A DNA stretch of 61,916 nt from a virus (lineage: Duplodnaviria; Caudoviricetes), in IMG/VR virus record IMGVR_UViG_3300043639_000021, positions 1 through 61,916 of that record. One strand, written 5' to 3'. Both the position numbers and the translations under genes were made by a program. Shown piece by piece: positions 28,641-37,241 of the stretch; the stretch's first letter is position 1, and each line of letters starts with the position of its first letter. Under the pieces are notes generated by a model. The model worked only from the letters and a program-made list of their open reading frames with translations, had not been told where the DNA came from and made no database searches.

Positions 28641-28946
28641 TCACGACGACAGCACTTCTAATGTCAGCATACCAGCATTGACGCCGATCTTCACGGTGTA
28701 GAGGTACTGGCCGAGAAACCGGCCCGCAAACTCCCAGCACCCGTGCTCCGTCGAGGTGCAGGCCCACTCGATGGGCACATCGAGGGCAGGGAACAGCAGA
28801 CTCTGCCGCGTGTCCCCCACCTTCGTCTCCAGCAGGAGCTTCCACTCCGCCTGCGCGGCGGGGGACTCCAACTTGAGTGCATCCCGTGCGATAACACTCA
28901 CGCGCCCACCACCAGTTCCGCGCCGTTCATCACAGCGGCATTCCAC
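28641..28946 (-). CDS. Hypothetical protein
   Basis: Fills the gap between coupled genes; start uncertain. Confidence 0.45.
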   Translation of the reverse strand: MECRCDERRGTGGGRVSVIARDALKLESPAAQAEWKLLLETKVGDTRQSLLFPALDVPIEWACTSTEHGCWEFAGRFLGQYLYTVKIGVNAGMLTLEVLSS

Positions 28947-29881
28947 TTGATGTTGGTGCCGATCAGGAACGCCCCGATGACGCGTGATAGCGGCACGTCC
29001 TGTGGGTCCACGTGGATGGAGGCATACTCAACCTTCACCGAGACTCCGGACTCCGCCAGCCGCTTCAGATCCTCCGTAGGGTGGCCCTGCCACTCCGCCC
29101 GGATGGAGATGAGCCCGCCGGGGATGATGCGTGCCGCCACTCGGACGGCATCCCCGATGGCAATCGTGTGGTAGACGGACCCGGCACTCGTGCCGTGGAC
29201 CTTTTGCCCCAGTGCCTTGGCATCCTTCAGGGCAACCACTTCCGGCACCGGCTTGGGAGCCTCGACCGTCAGCGGACCCACGATACCCTTGTCGTAGACC
29301 TCACCCGCCTGTAAGTCCACGTCCACGCCCACCGCCGTCAGCAGCAACCCGTGGGCCTTGGCGATTTCCAGCGAGGGGAACACCCCCAGCGAGATCGACG
29401 TGCCCGCCAGAATGGCCTCGGCCTTGACCTTGGCTTCTGCCAACCCGTCACCCGTGACCGTGCGGATGGCCTTGACCACCGGGATGATGTTCGGCTTGAA
29501 CCCACCGTGCCAGCCCTTCACCACCACCGCTGTCGGCGTGGCCTTGAGTGTCGGCAACGGAATCGGAGCGGGCTTCGCGAGAGGCGCACCCTGCGCCTTC
29601 CACAGCTTGGCCACCCACTCCGAGATCAGGTGCTTGTTCTGCGCCACGACCGGATCCGGTGCCGTGCCCTTGATCAGCGCCGTTGTGCTGTAGGTCACCT
29701 TGACCGACTCCAGCGGCTTCTCGTTCAGGAACGCCCGGATGCTCAGGAACGCGACTTCGAACGTCACGCCGACGCCGATCAGACCCTTGACCCGGTTCGT
29801 GACTTGATGCCCCGGACCAAACACCTTATTGAAAAACACCGTCTGCCCGTCTGCGCTAACCTGCAATGCCATGTAGCCCAC
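28898..29881 (-). CDS. Protein with internal ribosomal L7/L12 C-terminal-like domain
   Basis: IIPVVKAIRTVTGDGLAEAKVKAE...EIAKAHGLLLTAVGVDVDL resembles the bL12 CTD; own promoter upstream. Confidence 0.6.
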   Translation of the reverse strand: MGYMALQVSADGQTVFFNKVFGPGHQVTNRVKGLIGVGVTFEVAFLSIRAFLNEKPLESVKVTYSTTALIKGTAPDPVVAQNKHLISEWVAKLWKAQGAPLAKPAPIPLPTLKATPTAVVVKGWHGGFKPNIIPVVKAIRTVTGDGLAEAKVKAEAILAGTSISLGVFPSLEIAKAHGLLLTAVGVDVDLQAGEVYDKGIVGPLTVEAPKPVPEVVALKDAKALGQKVHGTSAGSVYHTIAIGDAVRVAARIIPGGLISIRAEWQGHPTEDLKRLAESGVSVKVEYASIHVDPQDVPLSRVIGAFLIGTNIKWNAAVMNGAELVVGA

Positions 29882-29911
29882 TCCTTGAGCGAAGCGATTG
29901 AAACTGGAACC

Positions 29912-29940
29912 AGTGTAGCATCACCCAGCCCCAGTGTCAA
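29912..29940 (-). promoter_or_regulatory. Sigma70-type promoter
   Basis: TTGACA-17-TACACT with TG extended -10. Confidence 0.75.
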
Positions 29941-29952
29941 CCCCCCCGTTTG

Positions 29953-30720
29953 TCAACCCCGCTTCGCCTTGTCCTTCCACAGACTCCGGGCGGAGGCAAT
30001 CGGGCTGTAGGACTTCGACGCGTTGGACGCGCCTTCCGGCAGTGGGAGGCTCCGCTGCTTCACCACCTTCTGGCTCACGAAGCCTGCGCTGTTCCCCTGC
30101 CACTCCGCGTCACTGCGGCCCCGCACCGTGACCACCACCGGCTTCTTCGCCGGTTCGACCGCAGACACACCGTAGTGCTTCCGCAGGAACGCCACCTGTG
30201 CGTCACTCTCCACGGCCTTTTTGCAGTAGTGCTTCCGCACCCACTGGATGGCGTCCTTGTCACCCAGTTCCGCCACGATGGCCGAGAGCACCGTCCCTGT
30301 GCGCCCATGCCCGCCGATGCAACCGACGTGGACCGTCTTGCCTGCCTGCAATTGAGTGCAGAGCCACGTGATCAGCTTCTTGAATCGTGGGACGTTCTGG
30401 GGGATCCCCATGTCCTGAATCATGTAGCCGATTTCCACGACCTTCTGCTTCTCCCATGGGTCCGATTGCAGGCCATTCATGTCCCCGGACTGGAGCACCA
30501 CGTAGACGTCTGCGTTCTTGACCGGGAAGCGGCCACTCCCCCCGTAGAGTGTGCCGCCTCCCACCTTCAGCGCCGGATGCGACTCGTAGCACCGGAGTGC
30601 GAACTCCGTCCCCGCGAACGCGTCCTGACCCTTCTTCTTCCATCCGTCCACAAAACTTGACACGTTCACTGCTCCAATCGCTGATATACGGTAACCGTCT
30701 GACCCGGATAGACGGCCCAC
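29953..30720 (-). CDS. Cys-based (dual-specificity/PTP-like) phosphatase
   Basis: IQDMGIP acid loop, HVGCIGGHGRTG (CX5R), AVESDAQ; start probably near 30663. Confidence 0.85.
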   Translation of the reverse strand: MGRLSGSDGYRISAIGAVNVSSFVDGWKKKGQDAFAGTEFALRCYESHPALKVGGGTLYGGSGRFPVKNADVYVVLQSGDMNGLQSDPWEKQKVVEIGYMIQDMGIPQNVPRFKKLITWLCTQLQAGKTVHVGCIGGHGRTGTVLSAIVAELGDKDAIQWVRKHYCKKAVESDAQVAFLRKHYGVSAVEPAKKPVVVTVRGRSDAEWQGNSAGFVSQKVVKQRSLPLPEGASNASKSYSPIASARSLWKDKAKRG

Positions 30721-31760
30721 TGGCCTGTCTCTTCCGCCTTCGTCGCTCCAAACGTCGCAGCCACTGGCTTGGCCTTGACCACCTTGGCCTTGACCGTCTT
30801 GACCGGCTTCGCTTCCGCGATCACCTTGGTGTACTTCGCCGGAAACTTGTCCTTGAGCGTCTGGGGACGCAGTTCCTCGACCAGCTTCCAGTCGATAGAC
30901 CCCTTGAACAACGGCTGGCCGTCCACCACCGGACTGTGCGCCTTCAGGAGCTTCGCCGCCTCAATGGCCAGCGGCGTCTTCTTGATGCCCAGCGTCTGAG
31001 TTTCGAACATCAGATCGAGCATCTGACCAGATCGCTGCACGTCCAACACCGTCAGGAGATTCGCGTCGTGATGCCCGTAGAGGAACCCCTTGTCGAAGAT
31101 CGGCCCGCCGTTGTGTGCCAGCGTGTAGCCGGTGTCCACCAGCAGTTCCAGACTCGTGACCCCATGAATCATGTTCACGAGCGCATCCGTCGTATCACCC
31201 CACGGCTTGCCGCCGTACCCACCGGACCACCCGGCGTGACCGGCCTTGTGGAACCCGTAGGACAGCGTTTTCACATACTGCCCGATGGTCATGTTGGGTG
31301 GCGTGTCCAGATACTTGTTCATCGCCGTATCCTCGCCGCCATTGCTGGAGATGTGCTTCAGGATGTCCACCGACGCCTGCCCGAGCTTCTTCTCCACGTC
31401 CTTCCAGAACACGTCCGTGCAGGACTTCAGGTGCCGCATCTCCCGTGTGGTGATGAGCAGCAGGTAATGGAGCAGCCGCTCCCCCTGTGCGATGGTCACC
31501 TCGGTGTACCGCTCCATGATCTGCTGTGCCCACAGCGGCAGCGGCTCATTCAACGTGAACGACTTCCGCACGATGGACGCCGCATGGTTCAGCGTGTAGA
31601 ACGTGGTGGCCTCATCATTGGGGTGCGTGATCCCACAGGACTTTTTGTAGTCCTTCGTCGCCGCCGCCAGCACCGACACCGGCAGATCCGACAGATCATG
31701 CAGATGCGTCTGGGGCGCAGCGTTAAAATGAGCGAGTGTGTTATCCGGTCTGTACTTCAC
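30666..31760 (-). CDS. Conserved-looking hypothetical protein, possible partner of the truncated dikinase
   Basis: 364 aa with GYGGKPW, VDTGYTLAHNGGPIFDKG and LDVQRSGQ segments; family not recognised. Confidence 0.6.
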   Translation of the reverse strand: MKYRPDNTLAHFNAAPQTHLHDLSDLPVSVLAAATKDYKKSCGITHPNDEATTFYTLNHAASIVRKSFTLNEPLPLWAQQIMERYTEVTIAQGERLLHYLLLITTREMRHLKSCTDVFWKDVEKKLGQASVDILKHISSNGGEDTAMNKYLDTPPNMTIGQYVKTLSYGFHKAGHAGWSGGYGGKPWGDTTDALVNMIHGVTSLELLVDTGYTLAHNGGPIFDKGFLYGHHDANLLTVLDVQRSGQMLDLMFETQTLGIKKTPLAIEAAKLLKAHSPVVDGQPLFKGSIDWKLVEELRPQTLKDKFPAKYTKVIAEAKPVKTVKAKVVKAKPVAATFGATKAEETGQWAVYPGQTVTVYQRLEQ

Positions 31761-31792
31761 GAGTGCTTCCCTCCATGGCTCCCGACAAACCC

Positions 31793-31821
31793 AGTCTACG
31801 CGAACCCGAAGCGTTTGTCAA
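31793..31821 (-). promoter_or_regulatory. Sigma70-type promoter
   Basis: TTGACA-17-TAGACT. Confidence 0.75.
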
Positions 31822-32300
31822 GGAAGCCGGGTGAGATTCCGCCGCCAGAACCAGACCCACGCCCACCGCCGGTAGCTCTTGATCATCTCCCGCTGGGTGA
31901 GCGTGATCGGGAAATCCATCACGTACTCGTACTGGTCCGGTGTCTCAACGGCATGCCGGTAGTAGTGGCTCCGCACGTACTCGACCGGGCGCTCGACGCC
32001 AAAGGCTTTCGCCAGCACCGCCAAGAACAGCCCTGTACGCCCCTTGCCGCCCATGCAGCCGACGTAGAGGGGTTCCCCTGCCAGCAGCAGGTCGAGTGCC
32101 TCTGTGAGGCCACGAGAGAGCACCTCACGGTGTGGCGTCTGGAAATCAACCGTGGGGATATCGACGGCGCATGGCTTGCGGATCTCCTTGGCCATCTTCA
32201 CCCCCTTGAACGTGGGAGGGCACTCGGGAAACGGCCCGCCGGTCACCGTGAAAAACTGCCGTCCGTTGACGGGAATCCGAAGCTGACCCAATGCCATCAC
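31818..32300 (-). CDS. Second Cys-based phosphatase
   Basis: IPTVDFQTP, YVGCMGGKGRTG (CX5R), AVETPDQ. Confidence 0.85.
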   Translation of the reverse strand: MMALGQLRIPVNGRQFFTVTGGPFPECPPTFKGVKMAKEIRKPCAVDIPTVDFQTPHREVLSRGLTEALDLLLAGEPLYVGCMGGKGRTGLFLAVLAKAFGVERPVEYVRSHYYRHAVETPDQYEYVMDFPITLTQREMIKSYRRWAWVWFWRRNLTRLP

Positions 32301-32332
32301 TCACTCCTTGAGAAAATTCTAGTGTAACACAC

Positions 32333-32656
32333 TCACCGGGCGGCGTTCATCGCATGCGCTGTCGTATCCTCAATGGCCCGCGAGACATGGCCTGCCCAGC
32401 CACAGGACCGACAGCCTTCACCGTTGCAGGACTCGTGCTCCTCCAGCATGCGATTCTCGCCGCGCCCGACCTCGACCAGATCAAGTCGCTGCATATCGTG
32501 GATCACGTTGTCCTTGACGAGGAACAGCCACTGGAAGAAGCGACGGTTGCACCCCCGGATGGAGGTGAATGCCGCCTTGTCCAGCATGTGCTTCAGTTCA
32601 TCGGCGGAGATGGCCTCCGTTTTGAGCACCCGCAGTACCTTGTTGTTGATCTGCAC
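32333..32656 (-). CDS. Hypothetical protein with C-terminal Cys cluster
   Basis: HESCNGEGCRSCGWAG, possible Zn ribbon. Confidence 0.55.
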   Translation of the reverse strand: MQINNKVLRVLKTEAISADELKHMLDKAAFTSIRGCNRRFFQWLFLVKDNVIHDMQRLDLVEVGRGENRMLEEHESCNGEGCRSCGWAGHVSRAIEDTTAHAMNAAR

Positions 32657-32925
32657 TATCGTCGCTCCCCTTTGGACGCCGCTTCCCCGATCCGCGAGAT
32701 GCGGATCGACTTCGGCGCGTGGAAGGCCAGTCGGTTCCCGCCGAGCCCAGACTGGACCTTCACCCCCGGCAGAATCTCGACCACTTGTCCCTCACTGATC
32801 ACCACCTCCGCACCACGGTCCACCGTGATGACCACGACGTTGGGGTGGACCAGTGATTTGACTTGCACCACATGGCCCCCCACGTCGATTCTGCTTCCGA
32901 CTCCCACACCGATGGATAAGGCCAC
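32656..32925 (-). CDS. CsrA/RsmA-like protein (divergent, extended)
   Basis: ALSIGVGVGSRIDVGG...NRLAFHAPKSIRISR resembles the CsrA pattern; likely GTG start at 32925. Confidence 0.5.
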   Translation of the reverse strand: MALSIGVGVGSRIDVGGHVVQVKSLVHPNVVVITVDRGAEVVISEGQVVEILPGVKVQSGLGGNRLAFHAPKSIRISRIGEAASKGERR

Positions 32926-32926
32926 T

Positions 32927-34879
32927 TCACACCCCCAAAAGCTGAAACGCCTGCGCGTGTGACACTGCCGACTTCGCCGCTGGCACATACGCGCCGAGCG
33001 ACACCACCGTGAGCCCTTCAGCTTGCTTCCATGCGAGTACCCGCTGGATGGCCGGATCCGTCACGTCAGAGGCATCAAGGGCCACTTCATCCGCAAGGAT
33101 CAACGACCGGAGATCCGTTCCGGTCGTCAACCGCTGCAAGCTCGTCACGTAGAGATCCGGTACCACCACCACCAGCTTGCCGTAATGCTCGTGGCTGGAC
33201 AACGCAGCTTCCAGCAGCGCCAGCACCCGTGCCGTGTGGTCGTGTGTGGCGAAGATCTTCAGGAACTTCGCGTCCCCCTCACCGGGCACCAGATCCAGAT
33301 ACAGCCGGTCCACCTTGTGGAGCGCCAGCAGTACCGTCTGTGCCGCCTTCAGCGGGTTGAGGATTTGATCCCCCAAGTAGAGCACCGCTTCCGGCAGCTT
33401 GTGGCTGGGTGCATCGAACAGCACCGGCACCACACCCAGAGCCTTGCAGACCATCGCTTGAAACGCGTGAATGGTCCCGTTCGACTCCGCCTTCGTGACC
33501 GGAATCTCCTCCGCCCAGATGCGCCCCGTGGCCCCGTCCATGCTCAGGATGGCCGCACCCTTGAAGGACTCCAGCGAAGCGCCCACACCCACGATGCAGG
33601 GCCGATTCATCGGTCGTGCCACCACCGCTGCATGGCACGTCATGCCCCCGTGCATCGTGATGATGCCCACCGCCGCCTTCATCCCCGTGATGTCCTCGGG
33701 CGTGGTTTCCTCGGTCACGAGGATGCAGGGTTCCTTGCACTCGATTGCAGCCTCTTTCGAGAACACCGGCTTGCCACTCACCACTCCGGAGCAGGCCGCG
33801 ATCCCCGTGAACAAGGCGGGCTTGACCCACGAGGGATCCAGCGACACCGTCTGCGCCAGATCCAACAGCTTGGCCGGAACCCGCTTGACCGCTTCCTTCG
33901 CGTCAATCACTCCCTGCGCCACGAAATCTGTCGCGATCTTGACCGCCGCAATCGGCGTCCGCTTGCCCGTGCGAACCTGAAGCAGATACAGACTACCGTC
34001 CTGAATCGTGAACTCGATATCGAGCATCTCCCGCTTCAGGTTCTCCAGCGAGATGACTTGCGCCACCAACTGTTGGTGGACCGCCGGGTTCCATGCCTGC
34101 ATCGTATCGAGCGACTGTGGCGTCCGAATCCCGGCGACGATATCCTCCCCCTGTGCCTTCGGCAACCACTCGCCGGTCACAAAAGAAGCGCCCGTGTTGG
34201 GATTCCGCGTGAACAACACGCCGGACCCACTCTGCTCGTTCAGGTTCCCGAAGACCATCGCCTGCACCGTGACTGCGGTACCCCATGCCCGGTCGTACCC
34301 GTGCTCCAGCCGATAGAAGTCAGCCCGGTCATTATCCCATGACTGGAACACCGCTTCGATGGCTCCCAGCAACTGGGCCGCTGCCTCGGGGAACGGCTCA
34401 CCCGTTTTCTCCTGATACACGTCCAATGCCTCGGCCAGCGTGCCTTCCAGCGATTCCTTGCGGATGCCATGCACGACGCTCCCGTACATCACCACCAGCC
34501 GCTTGAAGGAGTCCGCGAAGCAGGCCGGTCCCAGCCGATTGGTCCACTCACCCACGTTCGACGGCTCGATGCCGACGTTGAGGATCGTGTCCATCATGCC
34601 GGGGCACGAGACACGAGCACCCGAGCGCACCGACAGCAGCGGCAGATACCCGAAGTGGGCCTCCAGCTTCTCCAGATACGCAGGCAGCGCCTTCGCGATG
34701 GCCTTCAGCGTGGTCTTGGGCTTCTTGTCGTACTCCGCCCAGACCGACGTGGGGATCACGAAGCCGGGTGGCACCGGGACACCTTCATTGGCCAGCCACA
34801 GCAGGCCCGCGCCCTTGCCACCCAGTTCCTCGACCGTGCCGGTGGAGGCTTCCTTGAGTCCGAATGTGATGAATTCCAT
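32927..34879 (-). CDS. PPDK-like dikinase (ATP-grasp + phospho-His domain) lacking the PEP-binding barrel
   Basis: LGGKGAGL, PVPPGF, LLSVRSGARVSCPGMMDTILNVG, VQAMVFGN, AQGEDIVAGIRTP, DIEFTI, GGMTCHAAVVAR. Only ~190 aa of unrelated sequence follow the His domain. Confidence 0.88.
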   Translation of the reverse strand: MEFITFGLKEASTGTVEELGGKGAGLLWLANEGVPVPPGFVIPTSVWAEYDKKPKTTLKAIAKALPAYLEKLEAHFGYLPLLSVRSGARVSCPGMMDTILNVGIEPSNVGEWTNRLGPACFADSFKRLVVMYGSVVHGIRKESLEGTLAEALDVYQEKTGEPFPEAAAQLLGAIEAVFQSWDNDRADFYRLEHGYDRAWGTAVTVQAMVFGNLNEQSGSGVLFTRNPNTGASFVTGEWLPKAQGEDIVAGIRTPQSLDTMQAWNPAVHQQLVAQVISLENLKREMLDIEFTIQDGSLYLLQVRTGKRTPIAAVKIATDFVAQGVIDAKEAVKRVPAKLLDLAQTVSLDPSWVKPALFTGIAACSGVVSGKPVFSKEAAIECKEPCILVTEETTPEDITGMKAAVGIITMHGGMTCHAAVVARPMNRPCIVGVGASLESFKGAAILSMDGATGRIWAEEIPVTKAESNGTIHAFQAMVCKALGVVPVLFDAPSHKLPEAVLYLGDQILNPLKAAQTVLLALHKVDRLYLDLVPGEGDAKFLKIFATHDHTARVLALLEAALSSHEHYGKLVVVVPDLYVTSLQRLTTGTDLRSLILADEVALDASDVTDPAIQRVLAWKQAEGLTVVSLGAYVPAAKSAVSHAQAFQLLGV

Positions 34880-34917
34880 ATGTGCTTCCCACTCCATTGG
34901 TCAGACTTGACTTCATC

Positions 34918-35021
34918 AGTGTAACGAATACGCTGGCGTTTGTCAAGTGGTGCTGACTGGTTCGTTTGCACCGGAGTCAGCACTCACCAAATACGGTAAC
35001 ACGTCCGTAGCTATTTGTCAA
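34918..35021 (-). promoter_or_regulatory. Two tandem sigma70-type promoters
   Basis: TTGACA-17-TACACT (34918-34946) and TTGACA-17-TACCGT (34993-35021). Confidence 0.7.
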
Positions 35022-35877
35022 CCGGCTTCTTGTACTCCCCCTTCAGGATGGCCGCGTAATCCAGTGCGCTGGCTTCAGCCGCTTCCTGTAGCTTCGGGGA
35101 CACCTCGGGCAGCGGCTTGGGATCCGCCTTGATCAGCATCTTCAACGCCATTACTGTACCCCCTTGAGAACCTGCTTCGCCTGCTCGATCTCCTCGGGCG
35201 TGGGATCGCGGCCCGTCAACGACTTGGACAGGGCGATCAGATCCGCCAGCGTGGGCGGGCCTTCGCGTGGCCCCGTGAGATGGAGAATCGGCTTTTGCGG
35301 CATGTCGTGTTCCTATCTTAATCGACTGGCCTTTTACCAGATCGAAATATGCGATTTGGTCGGCGGCTCTGGCCAGACGGTCAGCTTCCTCGGCTGTCTC
35401 CACCACCGTGGACACGTCAAGATACACCTTACCATCGTCTGGATTGTGCCAACCCCCGATGAAGTTGCCTGACTCCTTCAGCAGACCCCAGTTCTTCGCC
35501 GCGTACCGGGCCAACGCTACCACCGTGGCCTGCGAATCGTCCATGACCGCTTCACGATCCCGATGGATCGAGAGGGCGAAGCCCGTGGTGGGCTGTTCCC
35601 CCGTCACCGCATGATACGTGAACCCACCATCGGGCCTACCAATGGCGTCGAGAATTCCCTCGACCTTCGGCAGCGTGGGGAGCCCAGTGCCCGTCCACTG
35701 CCCCTGATCGTCACGAGGCTGGGCAGGGTTGTACTTTACCACGGAAGCGCGTGAGCGTGCAATCAAGTGCAACGGGGGCGTCAGGAGCTTCAGATCGTCA
35801 TCCGTTCGATGTGAGTGCCCCGTCTGGTGCGGTGCTTCCCGATGGGACTGTGCGACTTCTCGGGTAAGATCAGCCAC
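35011..35877 (-). CDS. Tagged protein with conserved phage domain of unknown function
   Basis: Tag VKYNPAQPRDDQGQW; GGFT...PTTGFALS...IGGWHNPDDGKVYLDVS...DQIAYFDL; likely GTG start at 35877. Confidence 0.65.
   Translation of the reverse strand: MADLTREVAQSHREAPHQTGHSHRTDDDLKLLTPPLHLIARSRASVVKYNPAQPRDDQGQWTGTGLPTLPKVEGILDAIGRPDGGFTYHAVTGEQPTTGFALSIHRDREAVMDDSQATVVALARYAAKNWGLLKESGNFIGGWHNPDDGKVYLDVSTVVETAEEADRLARAADQIAYFDLVKGQSIKIGTRHAAKADSPSHGATRRPAHAGGSDRPVQVVDGPRSHARGDRAGEAGSQGGTVMALKMLIKADPKPLPEVSPKLQEAAEASALDYAAILKGEYKKPVDK
35151..35303 (-). CDS. Nested 50-aa ORF in an alternative frame
   Basis: MPQKPILHLTGPREGPPTLADLIALSKSLTGRDPTPEEIEQAKQVLKGVQ; overlaps a low-complexity stretch of the host ORF. 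Confidence 0.5.
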   Translation of the reverse strand: MPQKPILHLTGPREGPPTLADLIALSKSLTGRDPTPEEIEQAKQVLKGVQ

Positions 35878-36754
35878 GAGACACCCACTTCCCCGTCGCG
35901 GGGTTGAACATCTCCAGCGGCTCCAGATGCACCACCTGTCCGTAGAGTTGCGGCACATCTTCCATGGCAATGGGCTTATCGCTGTGCTGAGAACTCATGT
36001 ACACCGTTTCCACCTTCACCACTCGGAATTTCCCAGCGATGATAGCCTCGTTCCAGATGTGACCGAATTCCTTGTACATCTCCTCCACGGTCTTATGACC
36101 CAGATCCTTGGCATCCGCCAGCCCATACTTGCTGTAACCCACCATCGGAGTGCCCGTGGGGAACGCGAACACCGTGGGTGCGCCTTGTTGGTCTTCCCAC
36201 CGTGATCGGACACCATAGCCGACTTCCGCTTGTCCTGCTGACGCCAGCAGAGGCAACTGCATCGTATCACCGGGCGTGAACACCGTGCCGCGTGTGTTTT
36301 CGAAGCTATGGTACAACGGTTCCTCAGAACCCGTCACGTCATCGGCAATCGCTTGCAGCATCCGAGTGGCAAGGATCGTGGCATTCTTGGTGGCATCGTG
36401 CTTCTTCCACCCCTCAAGACCCATCAGAGCAGCGGCTTCCCCGGTGACCACCGTACTTCCATAGTGCGATCCACCCCACATCCCAGCGTCATTCCCACGT
36501 ATCACCGTGTGGGTAACTTTGGGGGGCACGTAAGTCGGATCGTCGTGCGACTTTTCATACCGAAGGGCTGACACCCCCTCCGGGTCCACGTGCCATTCTC
36601 CACCCTTCCGATACCACGTCTCTTTCTTGGCCGGATCAAAAGCGTTGAGGAAGGCGTCTCGGGGTGTGGCAGATGCGGCTCCGCCCTTGACCCACTGCCC
36701 CTTGGCGTCCCGTGGTTCGGACGGATCGAACTTCAGCAGAGCCGCGTACATCAA
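35870..36754 (-). CDS. Tagged protein, possible degenerate ART fold
   Basis: Starts MYAALLKFDPSEPRDAKGQW; PLYHS...LLAS...NEAIIAGKFRVVKVE. Confidence 0.55.
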   Translation of the reverse strand: MMYAALLKFDPSEPRDAKGQWVKGGAASATPRDAFLNAFDPAKKETWYRKGGEWHVDPEGVSALRYEKSHDDPTYVPPKVTHTVIRGNDAGMWGGSHYGSTVVTGEAAALMGLEGWKKHDATKNATILATRMLQAIADDVTGSEEPLYHSFENTRGTVFTPGDTMQLPLLASAGQAEVGYGVRSRWEDQQGAPTVFAFPTGTPMVGYSKYGLADAKDLGHKTVEEMYKEFGHIWNEAIIAGKFRVVKVETVYMSSQHSDKPIAMEDVPQLYGQVVHLEPLEMFNPATGKWVSRG

Positions 36755-37110
36755 AAGACCTTGGCGGTCACCTTCACGGCATTGGTCAACGACACCATCT
36801 TGAGGCGCATGTACTTGGAAATGCTGGTCATCTCCGTGCGGCTCACGAAGGCTCCACTCACGGTGCTGATCGCAGGCGTCTTGGAGATATAGAACTTGTC
36901 CTGATCCGTATCAGCCGTCTGCACCTCGACGGAGAACGTACCGGGGTTCGCGGCGAACGACAACTCAATCGAGTAGTAATTCGGCAAGTTGGGGTTCCGA
37001 CGCATCGAAATACACACGCTGCACCCATTGGCGGCGACGGTTTCATCGTTCCACAGCGTGGAGGCGTACCCGGCTGAAAGTCCGAGCGGTGGCTGTCCAT
37101 ACGCAGGCAT
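36751..37110 (-). CDS. Small beta-rich virion protein
   Basis: 119 aa, beta-strand pattern, end of the fibre block. Confidence 0.55.
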   Translation of the reverse strand: MPAYGQPPLGLSAGYASTLWNDETVAANGCSVCISMRRNPNLPNYYSIELSFAANPGTFSVEVQTADTDQDKFYISKTPAISTVSGAFVSRTEMTSISKYMRLKMVSLTNAVKVTAKVF

Positions 37111-37112
37111 GA

Positions 37113-37241
37113 CTACTCCTTCGGTTTCTGCGTGGCCTCAAACGAGGCATTGATTTTGTCAAGATCCATCGGGACTTCCTGATAGCCCTTCAGCATACTT
37201 GCATACGTGCGCTTCTTCTTTTTCTTGGGAGGAGGCGTCAT
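37113..37241 (-). CDS. 42-aa basic peptide
   Basis: MTPPPKKKKKRTYASMLKGYQEVPMDLDKINASFEATQKPKE; fills the gap exactly and overlaps the upstream stop. Confidence 0.45.
   Translation of the reverse strand: MTPPPKKKKKRTYASMLKGYQEVPMDLDKINASFEATQKPKE

Larger units (their letters stand above)
3365..36735 (-). repeat. Dispersed peptide-tag repeat family, 17 copies
   Basis: Encoded near 3365, 4905, 5405, 6177, 8753, 9187, 10132, 10772, 12737, 14853, 16049, 16929, 17993, 18367, 19406, 35695 and 36692. Consensus K-[FWY]-[DN]-x2-4-[HQE]-P-R-x3-8-G-[RQK]-[FW]; two copies are a YVRxPxG..GG..[EQ]F variant. Confidence 0.9.

Noticed and set aside
28868-28881. Further palindrome-like sites (28868, 22007, ~49700)
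   Set aside because: Too degenerate or half-sites only; not counted.
32927-34879. Calling the gene ppdK (auxiliary metabolic gene)
   Set aside because: The PEP/pyruvate-binding barrel is absent, so canonical activity is unlikely.
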